A program made the position numbers and the translations under genes. From positions 1 through 44,862 of IMG/VR virus record IMGVR_UViG_3300049142_000086: a DNA stretch of 44,862 bases; one strand, written 5' to 3'. Numbering within the stretch: the first letter of the stretch is position 1; every line of letters begins with the position of its first letter. The notes under the pieces were generated by a model. The model searched no databases, was not told where the DNA came from, and saw only the letters and a program-made list of their open reading frames with translations. This DNA comes from a virus (taxonomy: Duplodnaviria > Caudoviricetes). Shown one piece after another: positions 9,701-19,029 of the stretch.

Positions 9701-10976
9701 GGGTGAGCCCGAGACTTTTGGCGAGGCATACGTGCCTTTTGCCAGGTCAAAGCGGGTTCGGTCCCGTGCCATCACTGAGGAAGTCGTACGGCGTCTCGGC
9801 GGCGACCCCGCCAGCATCCAGTGGAACGCCAACGGCAACATCACCGACTGGCGCTACGACCCCGTCTCCGGATCCCTCTACTCAGCCTCCGACGCCGGGC
9901 AGGCCGGCCACAAGACCAAGAAAGTCAAGGTCAAAGTCAAGGGCAAGTGGCAGACCAAGGAGGTCGAGTACTTCGACATCACCGCGGTCGAGAAGAAGCT
10001 GAAGGCCGCGGCGAAAGCCACCACCGTCTGGAACAAGAACCTCGAGAAGGTCGCGGACCGGGTCGGCGGCGACGTCGCCGAGGCGCTCGCCTCGATGGGC
10101 GAGGACGGCATGAAACTGGCCGAGAAGATGGCCAAGGGCTCCACGAAGTACATCAACGAGATGGCGAAGGCCCTCCGCGATCTCCAGAAGACCGCCAAGG
10201 CGTCGCTGACGGACTACACGCGGCAGATGAGCGCGGCAAACAAGGTCAACAGCGAGTTCTCCCGGGACCTCGCGCAGCTCGCGGCGCAGGGCTACGGCGA
10301 CCTTGCCTCGCAGCTCGCCGCGCAGGGCGATGAGGCCGCAATGCAGCTCGCGGACGCCGCGGCGAAGGACAAGGGCAAGGCGAAGGCCGCGAACGAGCAG
10401 GCGAAGCGGGCGAACAGCCAGCTCACCGGTGAGGAGCAGGCCGACCTCATCCAGATCATCGCCGCGATCAAGAACAAGAACACCGGCATCCACGCGGTCG
10501 CGGATGCGACCGGTCTGGGCGAGGACGTCATCATCGACATCGGCAACAAAGCCAAAGTGCAAATCATGCAGTTCCTCGGCGGCCGCGCCCAACGGTTCCT
10601 CGCCGACCTGTTCAAGGCGAACAAGGGCATGGCCTACGAGAACGGCGGCATCCGGGCCGGCCTGTACGCCAACCGCGGCGGGATCATCCGGTTCGCGGAG
10701 CCGTCCACGCGGGGCGAGGCGTACATCCCGCTCGGCGAGAACAAGCGCCGCTCGGCGACCGCGGTGCTGTCCAACGTCGCCGGCCGGTTCGGGCTCGGTC
10801 TGACCGACGGGCAGGGGCAGCGGGTCGTCATCATCCGCGAGCAGGGCCCGCTGGTCGGCGAGTCCCACTTCCACATCGGCGCCCGTGGCTCCGACCAGGA
10901 TCTGGCCCGCGCCGTGGAGGCCCGGCAGGCATACCAACTGAGGCGCCTGGCGCGCGGGGGAGTGGGTGCCCGATGA
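6723..10976 (+). CDS. Tape measure protein
   Basis: 1417 aa, Ala/Leu-rich helical with hydrophobic stretches; two copies of the (W/F)(G/A)EPxTxGEAY(V/I)P motif near the C-terminus. Confidence 0.92.
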   Translation: MSQWNLSVRLTGQGSGLTRTLRTLAREARDASRDVNALRRDIDHLRTEASQGIRLSLRLDDPMQLRRDVAAAVRWASMNQNITVRVNADTSALTGLTQSLGGLGGGSRSSRGILQGLLMLAPSAIPLVAGLSTGVAALAGQFALGGAAATAFGVALAGQIEPLTEAADAEKKYQDAVREHGRSSAEAMQAQLKYQQIIASLPPEAQQAAIALSSLKQEFQGWSDDMAVFTMAPVTKGFTLLEQLIPRMTPHVESFSRELDRLMNVAGGAITTPGFDALADKVATLTDQQLDEFTDDVIHLLRVVSEGDADSGALGQFLDYARENGPEARAAIQAIGQAVMVLAEGASEAGPTILTLVTAAARLVAALPPELVGIIIQVATALKLLQLSGAGMAVLAAGLGRVRTQIAAVGATSAAAGGGIAGLRAAFLALGTAAKASVVLAGIGTLVYALSELSDLGQEAPPNVDKLTTSLGKLGKSGKVTGELARVFGKDLDDLYDKVRNITDPSTVDNIQNGLVKVFSLGMADSTPSKAARESLDAIDESLTNLVRGGKADIAAAALERMKAAYGKGGKDVSEFTDQMDGYNAAVEDMRFEQELAAASMGLFGRAAMDTQAKLEAQKKSADGLRQSILALNEVNRAAGSAMSAFEQSLDDVTKATQNHAGALKMRDGELDLGSQKARDAEKVLSELAANTDAAAAAAREQGKSWEHVNGIFTEGRDAFIAAADSMGLTRQQAEALADSYLKIPDKKSMTLEMRTEDAVASLDSVIAAIQRTPDAKSVTVSALTDDAVIMLEALGYKVTELKDGRFTVTAETGTASTNLDQVRQKRDGLQDKTIVINSSVASTIADLQAVQQKVASTNGKTITMKAPTAEARHQLELLGFKIRDTKGKNVVITVPTGTQRANVGALGSAIAGLRDKTVTITTRHVSIHETVRKSTQTTADLISQQAERFAQADGGTIDFYARGGIRSFANGSPGRRENHVAQIAPAGSWRVWGEPETFGEAYVPFARSKRVRSRAITEEVVRRLGGDPASIQWNANGNITDWRYDPVSGSLYSASDAGQAGHKTKKVKVKVKGKWQTKEVEYFDITAVEKKLKAAAKATTVWNKNLEKVADRVGGDVAEALASMGEDGMKLAEKMAKGSTKYINEMAKALRDLQKTAKASLTDYTRQMSAANKVNSEFSRDLAQLAAQGYGDLASQLAAQGDEAAMQLADAAAKDKGKAKAANEQAKRANSQLTGEEQADLIQIIAAIKNKNTGIHAVADATGLGEDVIIDIGNKAKVQIMQFLGGRAQRFLADLFKANKGMAYENGGIRAGLYANRGGIIRFAEPSTRGEAYIPLGENKRRSATAVLSNVAGRFGLGLTDGQGQRVVIIREQGPLVGESHFHIGARGSDQDLARAVEARQAYQLRRLARGGVGAR

Positions 10977-11869
10977 CCACACCTGTAGAGCTGATTGACG
11001 GTCAGCACGACCTGGCGGGGGTCCTCATCGGCAAGGACACCCCCGTCGTCATCGCTACGATCGAGGGCCTGGGACGGGCGCCGGTGCGGACCTCCGACAC
11101 GGAGCCGCCCGGCGCGGACGGGCTGTGGCTCGGGCAGGATCTGTTCGCGGGCCGTGAGATCCGCATCGATGCCGGTATCAAGGTGCCGGGCGATGAGGCC
11201 GGTGCTCTGGCGGTGCACGAGGCTTTGCAGAACGCGGCCGACGACGAGACCGTTCGTCTGGCCGGCGGCGCCACCACCACTCTGCGGCTCAAGTTCCCCG
11301 GCCGCCCGGTCCGTGCGGTGCGGGGCCGGATCCGGAAGCTGGATGCGGACTTGTCGCAGGCTAAGCACGGCTGGATCCCCCTCGACATCGAGTTCACCGG
11401 ACAGGACGCTCTGTTCTACGCGGACAGTCCCGATACGACGTCGATGCCGCTCGGTTCCGTGGCCCGCGGCGGGCTGACGTTCCCCCTGTTGTTCCCGTTC
11501 ACGATCGAGCTCACCGCGGGCGCCATCGGCCGGCCCGGGTTCCTCGACGTGGCGGGCACCGCCCCCACATGGCCCGTGCTGCGCGTGACCGGGCCCTGCG
11601 CCAACCCGAAGATCACCCACGTGGAGACCGGCCGGTCCCTGACCGTGCAGGGCTCCCTCGCGGCGGGGGAGTGGGTGGAAATCGACACCCGGCCCGGCTG
11701 GCGCACCGTGCTCCGCAACAACGGCGGCGGCATGCCGCTGACCCCGCAGTCCCGCATCGACCTGTTCCGCCTGCTGCCCGGCATGAACGAAATCCACTGG
11801 ACCGCGACCGACCCCACTTTGACCAGCACTCTGGCCGTCACCTGGTGGCCGGCCTACAAGGCGCTCTGA
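10973..11869 (+). CDS. Distal tail protein (Dit-like)
   Basis: Follows the TMP; GLTFPLLFPF, GTAPTWP and LLPGMNEI motifs. Confidence 0.8.
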   Translation: MTTPVELIDGQHDLAGVLIGKDTPVVIATIEGLGRAPVRTSDTEPPGADGLWLGQDLFAGREIRIDAGIKVPGDEAGALAVHEALQNAADDETVRLAGGATTTLRLKFPGRPVRAVRGRIRKLDADLSQAKHGWIPLDIEFTGQDALFYADSPDTTSMPLGSVARGGLTFPLLFPFTIELTAGAIGRPGFLDVAGTAPTWPVLRVTGPCANPKITHVETGRSLTVQGSLAAGEWVEIDTRPGWRTVLRNNGGGMPLTPQSRIDLFRLLPGMNEIHWTATDPTLTSTLAVTWWPAYKAL

Positions 11870-11880
11870 GGAGACCACCG

Positions 11881-12831
11881 ATGGCACTCGTACCGGTCCC
11901 GATCGCGACGATGGGCGCCGAACACTCCGCGCAGCAGTTCCGCATGATGATCAAGGATTTGGCGCGGGACAACCAGGGCGTCACCACCGGCAGCGACCTC
12001 AAGGTGACCGCCCTGGCGACGCCGGGCGCCGCCGTGCAGATCGGCGACGGATCAGCGGTCATCGCCGGGAAGGTGTCCCCGGTCCAGGGCTACTACAACG
12101 CCTACAACATCGGCTCCGACACCGTGGACATCGCCGCCACCGGCAGCACGTCCCGCTCCGACATGCTCGTGCTGCGCGTCGAGGACCCGGAGTACGAGGG
12201 CAACCGCGACCCCGCTGTTGATCCGATCGTGTTCTTCGAGGTCATCCCCAACGTGTCCTCCACCGCCACGACGGTGCCGGTCGGGTACTCGGCGATCCCG
12301 CTGGCTCGGATCGACATACCGGCGTCCACCGCCACGATCACCAACGCGATGATCAAGGATTTGCGGCAGATCGCGAACCCGCGGCGGGAACGGATCCTCA
12401 CCCCCTACTATTTCCCGGGCCCGTTGCAGGAGATCTCCGGGACGTCCACGACGTGGAAGACCCACCCGAACGTGACCATGGCGACGCTGGCCATCCCATC
12501 GTGGGCGGCCACCGCGAAGGTCGTGTTCTCGGCGACGAACCTTCGGCTCGCCGAGGGCGCGGTTTTCGCCGGGTTCCGGTTCATGCTCGGCAGCACCGAA
12601 GCAGTGCAGGAAGTCCGCATCGACGACAACCAGGGCACCTCGGCCCGCCGTATCTACGTGGAGATCGTGGAGACGATCGACCTGACCACCACGGCCGGGG
12701 CGGCGATGCGTGGCACCAACCAGCCGTTCCGCGCTCGGATGCGCACCGACGCCTTCAACGACGGGAAGATCGGCGCCGACTCCCTGACCAGCTACAAGAT
12801 CGACGTTGAGTTCCTTGAGGGCCGCCTGTGA
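11881..12831 (+). CDS. Minor tail / baseplate protein
   Basis: SD GAGGAG, 316 aa, RSDMLVLRVEDP and IPLARI motifs. Confidence 0.75.
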   Translation: MALVPVPIATMGAEHSAQQFRMMIKDLARDNQGVTTGSDLKVTALATPGAAVQIGDGSAVIAGKVSPVQGYYNAYNIGSDTVDIAATGSTSRSDMLVLRVEDPEYEGNRDPAVDPIVFFEVIPNVSSTATTVPVGYSAIPLARIDIPASTATITNAMIKDLRQIANPRRERILTPYYFPGPLQEISGTSTTWKTHPNVTMATLAIPSWAATAKVVFSATNLRLAEGAVFAGFRFMLGSTEAVQEVRIDDNQGTSARRIYVEIVETIDLTTTAGAAMRGTNQPFRARMRTDAFNDGKIGADSLTSYKIDVEFLEGRL

Positions 12832-13928
12832 CCGGCCGCTGGCGGTACTGGACCCAGCACGCCCTGACCGGGGTGATGCTGCACCCCGCGCTGCCGCTGA
12901 CCGACGTCGAGTTCGGCAACGAACTCAATGGCCCCGGCGAGCTCCGCGGCACTCTCACGCCCCGCTTCGTACGAGCGAACGCGTCGTCGCTGCTGCCGGG
13001 CAAGGCCCTCATCTACGCGGAAGCCGACGGGCTCCTCCGCTGGGGCGGCCTCATCTGGGACGTCACCGTCGAAGACGGCGAATACCGCCTCGAGGCGGCG
13101 TCCTGGTCGTCGTACCTGAACGCCCGGCACGACTTTCATGGCGAGCTGGCCGGCCGCGGCCCCTACGTGAACACCGACCCCTGCAAAATCATCCGCGACA
13201 TCTGGGCGTACGCGCAGGCCCAGCCCGACGGCAACCTCGGCGTCGTCGTCGATACGACGACCTCGAGCATGAAGGTCGGTTCACCCTCGGAGCCGTGGCA
13301 CTCCTACTGGTACGAGACCCCCGACCTTGGTGACCAGGTCGACGATCTCGTCTCCGAGGACGGCGCCCCCCAGTACACCAACACCTGCCGCTACCTGAGC
13401 AACGGCACCGTGGAGAAGCGCATCCGGTTGGGCTACCCGCGGCTCGGCGCCCGCCGTACCGACATCACCTTCCGCACCGGCGTGAACATCGTCGACTCCC
13501 CGCCCGTGGCGTTCTCCGGTGACGACTACGCCAACGTCATCCTCGCCACCGGCTCCGGTGAGGGAACCGCCACCCGCCGCGCGGAGGTGCCATCTCGGGA
13601 CGGCGGGCTGCGCATGGAACACGTTCTGTCCCTGCCGACCGTCAACGGCAACGACATCCTCGCCAAGCGCGCCGCGGCGGAGCTGAAGCGCCGCAAGGTC
13701 ATGGGCCAGGTCGAAACGATCACCGTCCGGGACCATCCCAACGCTCCCCTCGGGTCGTGGCAGATCGGTGACGACGTACAGGTCACGGTCAACAACCAGT
13801 GGGTGTCGTGGTCCGGCTGGGCCCGGGTCATCGCGGACTCCTACCGGCCGGACAGGGCGCCCGACCAGGCCGTCCTCACCCTCAAGCGCGCCGACTCCTA
13901 CCACTACGGCCCCCCGGAGGCAGTCTGA
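12828..13928 (+). CDS. Baseplate hub / minor tail protein
   Basis: 366 aa with ELNGPG, WGG, LGYPRLG and GSGEG motifs typical of actinophage hub proteins. Confidence 0.78.
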   Translation: MTGRWRYWTQHALTGVMLHPALPLTDVEFGNELNGPGELRGTLTPRFVRANASSLLPGKALIYAEADGLLRWGGLIWDVTVEDGEYRLEAASWSSYLNARHDFHGELAGRGPYVNTDPCKIIRDIWAYAQAQPDGNLGVVVDTTTSSMKVGSPSEPWHSYWYETPDLGDQVDDLVSEDGAPQYTNTCRYLSNGTVEKRIRLGYPRLGARRTDITFRTGVNIVDSPPVAFSGDDYANVILATGSGEGTATRRAEVPSRDGGLRMEHVLSLPTVNGNDILAKRAAAELKRRKVMGQVETITVRDHPNAPLGSWQIGDDVQVTVNNQWVSWSGWARVIADSYRPDRAPDQAVLTLKRADSYHYGPPEAV

Positions 13929-15619
13929 TGGCCCGCAGCATCGCCCAAGAGCTCGCCCGCCTCGCCCGCGAGCTCAAGGAGATCAAGAGAGGGCAGCGGT
14001 ACGCCCACGGCGGCAGCGTCGAGGACGCTGCCCTCGAGTTCCGCGATGGAGAAGGCACCATCCGCGCCGTGATCGGCATGCAACCCGATGGGACCGTCGG
14101 GCTGATTGCTCAGAACGGCCCACCGCCAGGCGCTCCCTCCGCGCCTGTGATCACACCGTCCATCGGTGGCTTGCGTGTCGTCTGGGACGGCTCCCTAGCT
14201 GATGGCAGCCCATTGCCCGCGGACTTCGACCATGTAGCTGTCCACATCTCCACCACCAGCGGCTTCACACCGTCCGCAGCAACGTTCGTCGGCACTATCA
14301 CCCGCTCCGGAGAGGGCGGCACACTGCCGGTCACCCCGTTGCCGTACCAGCCGCACTATGTACTGCTGGCTGCCGTGAACACCTCGGGCATCGCGGGGCC
14401 CCCATCCGTAGAGACCGCCGCCACCCCGATCCAGGTAGCAGGCCCGGACCTGAAGGCTGGCTCTGTCGAAGCTGCCGCGATTGCGGCCGGTGCTGTCACG
14501 GCTGACAAGCTTGAAGCGATCCTTCAGCTAGTGACGCGGCTGGTGGCTGGTAACCCGGACGGCGCGCGCGTGGAACTCAATGAGAACGGGCTGCGCGTCT
14601 ACAACAACACGGGGCAACTGGTCATCCGCTTTGACGCCGCTGACGGATCTGCGACCTTCACCGGCGCCATCACCGGTAGCACCATGACCGGCTCCCTCAT
14701 CCAGACCGCGATCAGCGGGCCCCGGGTCACTGTCAACGAGGACAACCTCAGCAAGGTCCTCGTGTACAACGACGTCACCCCCACTGCGATCGGTGAGTTC
14801 TCGGATCGGGGCCTGCTGCTTCAGGGCACCAACGGCGCCGTCATGTGGCTCGACCCGGACAGCGCTTATCCGAACCTGCGGTTCACGAACGCGGGCCAGA
14901 CGAACAGCGCCTACGTCAACGTTTCCGAGACCTCGCCGGGCGCCGCCGACCTCGGCCTGACCTCCGGAATGTTCACCGGGTCCGGGTTCTCGGACATGAA
15001 GTGGCGCACGTTCATGGGTAACGATTTCGCGGTCATCGAGCGAATCAGGAACGCGGACGATCAGTACGCGGTGGGCGGGCGTTTCTTCCTCAGCGGCACC
15101 TCCGCCTCTCTCGGCTACCGCGACTCCGGCGGCACGTCCCAGAGCAGCACGCTCTTCGTGCAGGCTGGGCACGCTTTCGTCAGCGGCGGACGGTTCAGTG
15201 TCCAGCCCCCCGCATCGTCGTCCAGTGCTGTCCTCGTCAGCGTGGTCGCGGGGCACACAGGCAACCTGCTGAACCTCACCGTTGACGGCGCCACCAGGAT
15301 GAGTGTCGACAAGGACGGCAACACGGACATCAAGGGAATCATGACGGCCGGGAACATCGCGTCCGGCACCGTCACCGTCACCCCCTCCGCCGCCCATACC
15401 CCGACCAGCGCCAGCGTCAACTTCGGCCCGCTGAAAGGCACTACCTTCCGCGGCTACGCAACCGCCGTCACCACGGTGCCCGGCGTCCGCACCCCGGTCG
15501 GCGCCCAAGGCGTCACCGGCGTCTCCGTCTCCTCGGTAACCTCCAGCAGCATGCTGGTCTGGGTCAACCGAGAGAACACCACCGCAACCGTCATCAACTG
15601 GATGGTGATCGCATCATGA
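13928..15619 (+). CDS. Tail fibre / receptor-binding minor tail protein
   Basis: TGATG overlap, 563 aa; FN3-like segment, IAAGAVTADKL repeat and beta-rich C-terminus. Confidence 0.75.
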   Translation: MARSIAQELARLARELKEIKRGQRYAHGGSVEDAALEFRDGEGTIRAVIGMQPDGTVGLIAQNGPPPGAPSAPVITPSIGGLRVVWDGSLADGSPLPADFDHVAVHISTTSGFTPSAATFVGTITRSGEGGTLPVTPLPYQPHYVLLAAVNTSGIAGPPSVETAATPIQVAGPDLKAGSVEAAAIAAGAVTADKLEAILQLVTRLVAGNPDGARVELNENGLRVYNNTGQLVIRFDAADGSATFTGAITGSTMTGSLIQTAISGPRVTVNEDNLSKVLVYNDVTPTAIGEFSDRGLLLQGTNGAVMWLDPDSAYPNLRFTNAGQTNSAYVNVSETSPGAADLGLTSGMFTGSGFSDMKWRTFMGNDFAVIERIRNADDQYAVGGRFFLSGTSASLGYRDSGGTSQSSTLFVQAGHAFVSGGRFSVQPPASSSSAVLVSVVAGHTGNLLNLTVDGATRMSVDKDGNTDIKGIMTAGNIASGTVTVTPSAAHTPTSASVNFGPLKGTTFRGYATAVTTVPGVRTPVGAQGVTGVSVSSVTSSSMLVWVNRENTTATVINWMVIAS

Positions 15620-15957
15620 CCGAGTCCGAGCCCGAGTCGACACAGAGCACCGAGCCGCCCCAGCCCCCCGAAGGGGATCCGCCGCCCGAGCCGGTCGACC
15701 CCGAACCGGAGATCCCGGATCCGATACCCGACCCGGAGCCCATCACCTGGGAGCCGCAGACGTGGTACGCCGTCACCGCAGCGTGCCGCACCCCCGGATG
15801 CCGGCAGGAGAACATCATCGTCGATATCCCGATGTTCTACTCCAACAACGGCGACCCCAAGTACTGCCGTGTCGTGTGCGCCCAGGACGGCGCGTGCGGC
15901 AAGGACGCCACGATCCTCACCGCGACCAAGCTCGACCCGCAACCGCCGGAGGAATGA
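15616..15957 (+). CDS. Pro/Glu-rich, Cys-containing protein (possible fibre chaperone)
   Basis: ATGA overlap; PEP/PDP repeats followed by CRTPGC...CRVVC...CG. Confidence 0.65.
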   Translation: MTESEPESTQSTEPPQPPEGDPPPEPVDPEPEIPDPIPDPEPITWEPQTWYAVTAACRTPGCRQENIIVDIPMFYSNNGDPKYCRVVCAQDGACGKDATILTATKLDPQPPEE

Positions 15958-15967
15958 GCAGCCAGTA

Positions 15968-15989
15968 GGCGGGGGCAACAGCCCCCGCC
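15968..15989 (+). terminator. Stem-loop ending the tail operon
   Basis: GGCGGGGGC-AACA-GCCCCCGCC. Confidence 0.55.
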
Positions 15990-16112
15990 GCAGGCCCTAG
16001 CCTGATCACAAGGGGCGACCCTCCGCCCCGGGAACCACCCTTCGAGGGACGGCCGCGCAGCGGCCCGCCAGCACTGTTCACCTGGGCGCGGGGAGATCCA
16101 GGAGACCGGGCG

Positions 16113-16520
16113 ATGCCCGATCCCATCACTGAGCAGGACCAGCCGACGGCTGCCCGGAAGACGAAGACCGCCACCGCGACCTCGGCTGAGGAGGTTGCCC
16201 CGGCGCCCGCCAGCGAACCGACCCCCGACACCGACACCAGCGGGCCCCGGTACGAGCCGTACCCCGGCGCCGAGTTCTTCCACGGCGGCCGCCACTCCAT
16301 GATCTTCGTGGCGATGGCCGGCCGTCTCGAGGCCGAGGGCTGCACCGACGGCCGCTACCTCGGCCCGGACTGGACGAACGCACACCGCGACGCTTTCGCG
16401 GCCTGGCAGCGCACGCTGCGCCCCAAGGAGGGCGGCGACGTCTCCGGCATCCCCGACCAGGTGGCCTGGGACCGGCTCCGCGTCCCGCGCGTCAGCCCCA
16501 TGACCGGGGAGGCGTCCTGA
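16113..16520 (+). CDS. Stand-alone peptidoglycan-binding-domain protein
   Basis: YEPYPGAEFF...AFAAWQRTL...SGIPDQVAWDRL parallels the AYAAWQRKLG...DGIPGRTSLERL tail of the adjacent endolysin. Confidence 0.7.
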   Translation: MPDPITEQDQPTAARKTKTATATSAEEVAPAPASEPTPDTDTSGPRYEPYPGAEFFHGGRHSMIFVAMAGRLEAEGCTDGRYLGPDWTNAHRDAFAAWQRTLRPKEGGDVSGIPDQVAWDRLRVPRVSPMTGEAS

Positions 16521-17458
16521 TGGCCACACCACTGTCCGCTCGCGACTTCCTGGACTGCCTCCGCGACGAGGGCCTGAACGTCGTCGAGGTCGGCACCTGG
16601 GAAACCCACAACCGCAACACCAAGGGCCCATGGGGCCCCGTCCACGGCGTGATGATCCACCACACGGTCACCCGCGGCAGCCGCGCCACCGTCGAACTGT
16701 GCCGCAAGGGCCACAGTGCGCTGCCCGGGCCCTTGTGCCACGGCGTCATCACCAAGGACGGCACAGTGCACCTCGTCGGCTACGGCCGCGCCAACCACGC
16801 CGGCCTGGGCGACCCGGACGTTCTGGCCGCGGTCATCGCCGAGCGGCGGCCGCCCACCGACAACGAGGCGACGGTCGATGGCAACCGGCACTTCTACGGC
16901 TTCGAGTGCGAAAACCTCGGCGACGGGAAGGACCCGTGGCCCGACGAGCAGATCGAGGCGATCGTCCGCGTCATCACGGCGCTGGGCCGCCGCCACGACT
17001 GGACGGCCCGCTCCGCGCTCCGGCACCTCGACTGGCAGCCCGGCAAGATCGACCCGCGCGGCCCCCAGTTCGACTGGGAGGACATCCTCAACCGCGTGAC
17101 GAAGCGGCTCGCCGGGGCCACGCCCAGCACCCCGAAGCCGACCGCGCCCAGGCCGCTGCCCACGCCGAGTAAGCCGGTCGTCGACCTGTCCAAGCTGATC
17201 GCCGCCGCCCGGTCGAACCCCGCGGCGAAGGGCCAGCCCGTCACCTACTCCGGCGTGAGGACCGTCGAGGCCGCCCTGGTCGACGCCGGCCTGCTGAGCA
17301 AGCGGTACAGCGACGGCCACTGGGGCACCACCACGATCACCGCCTACGCCGCCTGGCAGCGCAAGCTCGGCTACCGCGGCAAGGACGCCGATGGCATCCC
17401 CGGCCGGACCTCCCTGGAACGCCTCGGCGACAAGTACGGATTCAAGGTCACGGCATGA
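16520..17458 (+). CDS. Endolysin: N-acetylmuramoyl-L-alanine amidase (Amidase_2) plus PG-binding domain
   Basis: VMIHHT, ANHAG, GFECEN and H...KIDP zinc-amidase motifs, a Pro linker and a C-terminal PG-binding domain. Confidence 0.92.
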   Translation: MATPLSARDFLDCLRDEGLNVVEVGTWETHNRNTKGPWGPVHGVMIHHTVTRGSRATVELCRKGHSALPGPLCHGVITKDGTVHLVGYGRANHAGLGDPDVLAAVIAERRPPTDNEATVDGNRHFYGFECENLGDGKDPWPDEQIEAIVRVITALGRRHDWTARSALRHLDWQPGKIDPRGPQFDWEDILNRVTKRLAGATPSTPKPTAPRPLPTPSKPVVDLSKLIAAARSNPAAKGQPVTYSGVRTVEAALVDAGLLSKRYSDGHWGTTTITAYAAWQRKLGYRGKDADGIPGRTSLERLGDKYGFKVTA

Positions 17459-17646
17459 GCGCCCGCCGGGCCGCGGTCGTCCACTACTGCCTGGCGGGCG
17501 TCTGGGCGCTGCTCGTGATCCCCACCCTGCTGTTCTGGAAGAACAGCGTCCTCTGGGTGGCCGCGATGTCGCTGTACGCGAACTTCGTCGGCCACCTCTC
17601 CGCGGCGAAAGCAAGCCGCGCCGAACAGGAAGCAGAAAAATCATGA
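17455..17646 (+). CDS. Small membrane protein
   Basis: 63 aa with two hydrophobic segments and overlaps on both sides. Confidence 0.65.
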   Translation: MSARRAAVVHYCLAGVWALLVIPTLLFWKNSVLWVAAMSLYANFVGHLSAAKASRAEQEAEKS

Positions 17647-18026
17647 AGATCCTCGGCCGAGAGCCCGCCCTGCTGCTGGGCCTCATCGCTGCCGCCGTGA
17701 AGCTCCTCGGATACGAGTTCGACGTGTCCGCCGGCGTCCAGACCGGCATCAACACCGTCGCCGCGGCCGTGGTCGGCCTCATCCTCGCGATCCTCGCCCG
17801 CAACGGGGCCTGGGCGGCCGCTCTCCTCCAGACCGCGCAGGCCGTCATGAGTTTGTTCGTCGGTCTCGGCCTGGACTGGTCCGCGGACCGGCAGGCGCTG
17901 TGGATGGGCGCGATCGCCGCGGGCGTAGCGGTCGTGGAGCGGTTCATGGTGACGCCGCCGCTGCCCACCACGCCGCTAGAGGAGTCCAGTCCCCTGACGA
18001 AGCCGCACGGCCCGCGGGCCGTCTAA
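17643..18026 (+). CDS. Holin
   Basis: MKILGREPA start, about 4 TM segments, located after the endolysin. Confidence 0.8.
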   Translation: MKILGREPALLLGLIAAAVKLLGYEFDVSAGVQTGINTVAAAVVGLILAILARNGAWAAALLQTAQAVMSLFVGLGLDWSADRQALWMGAIAAGVAVVERFMVTPPLPTTPLEESSPLTKPHGPRAV

Positions 18027-18047
18027 CCCCTGCACCCGGAGCACTCA

Positions 18048-18338
18048 GTGGCTGACGAGCCGACCCTGGGCGAAGTCCAGCGCCGCATGGAGCAGGGGTT
18101 CATCGACCTCAAAGACGACATGCGGGAACTCGGCGTGCGGCTCGACAGCAAGGTCGATCAGAAGGTCTACGACCTGCGTCATGAAGCCCTGGCCTCCAGG
18201 GTGACGACGCTGGAGACCCTCCGCGAAAAGGACGCCGAGAAGATCGTGGCGACCCGCCGATGGCTGGTGGGCGCCGTGATCGTACCGCTCATCGGGATTC
18301 TTCTACCGGTGATCATCATTCTGGTGCAGGGGTCTTGA
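18048..18338 (+). CDS. Coiled-coil membrane protein of the lysis cassette
   Basis: EPTLGEV...coiled coil plus a C-terminal TM helix. Confidence 0.75.
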   Translation: MADEPTLGEVQRRMEQGFIDLKDDMRELGVRLDSKVDQKVYDLRHEALASRVTTLETLREKDAEKIVATRRWLVGAVIVPLIGILLPVIIILVQGS

Positions 18339-19027
18339 TGTCAGGGACACGGGCACAAATACGAGCCGAGGAACGCCGCTGGCGCCGCGGGGACATCTTC
18401 GCGGTTGCCGTCGCAGTCTTCCTCGGCCTGGCCATGGCCTGGATCGTGCTGTCGGTCCAGCAGTTGCGCAACGACCTGAAGGTGTCGAACGAGGCCCGGG
18501 ACGCTCTGGCTCGGCAGGTGCTGGAGCTGGGGGAGAAGCCGGTGACCGGTGAGCCGGAAGGGCGCTCCGACCCGAGTAAGCCTGTGCCCGGCCCGAAGGG
18601 TGAACCAGGTTCGCCGGGACCTTCCGGTCCCGCCGGACCATCCGGCCCTGCCGGCCCTGCTGGCGCTGTGGGCCCGTCCGGGAGGCCCGGGGAGAACGGG
18701 CGGAACGGGGCGAGTGCAGCAGGCTTGCCGGGGCCGCCCGGCCAGGACGGGGCGCCTGGCCAGCCCGGCACCAACGGCCAGCCCGGCGCTGACGGTCCGC
18801 CGGGCCCGCCCGGACCGCAGGGAGAGCCGGGGCCCGCCGGACCACAAGGCCCTCCCGGGCAGGACGGCAAGGACGGTCAGACCTGCCCCGACGGGTACAG
18901 CCTCCAGGCCCCGGCAGATGACCCGGATGCTCTCGTATGCCGCAGAGATGGTGCCCCTCCACCGGATCCGGAGCCGTCTCCGCAACCGACCATCCTCGGT
19001 CTGGCTCACGAACGTCGGCGGGCTTAG
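18338..19027 (+). CDS. Membrane-anchored collagen-like protein
   Basis: N-terminal TM helix, coiled coil, about 30 Gly-X-Y triplets and a CPDGY...ALVC C-terminus. Confidence 0.8.
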   Translation: MSGTRAQIRAEERRWRRGDIFAVAVAVFLGLAMAWIVLSVQQLRNDLKVSNEARDALARQVLELGEKPVTGEPEGRSDPSKPVPGPKGEPGSPGPSGPAGPSGPAGPAGAVGPSGRPGENGRNGASAAGLPGPPGQDGAPGQPGTNGQPGADGPPGPPGPQGEPGPAGPQGPPGQDGKDGQTCPDGYSLQAPADDPDALVCRRDGAPPPDPEPSPQPTILGLAHERRRA

Positions 19028-19029
19028 CG

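Noticed and set aside
18590-18880. Repetitive GC-rich tract as a VNTR or DGR-type repeat
   Set aside because: Explained by Gly-X-Y collagen coding; no reverse transcriptase or template/variable repeat pair is seen.
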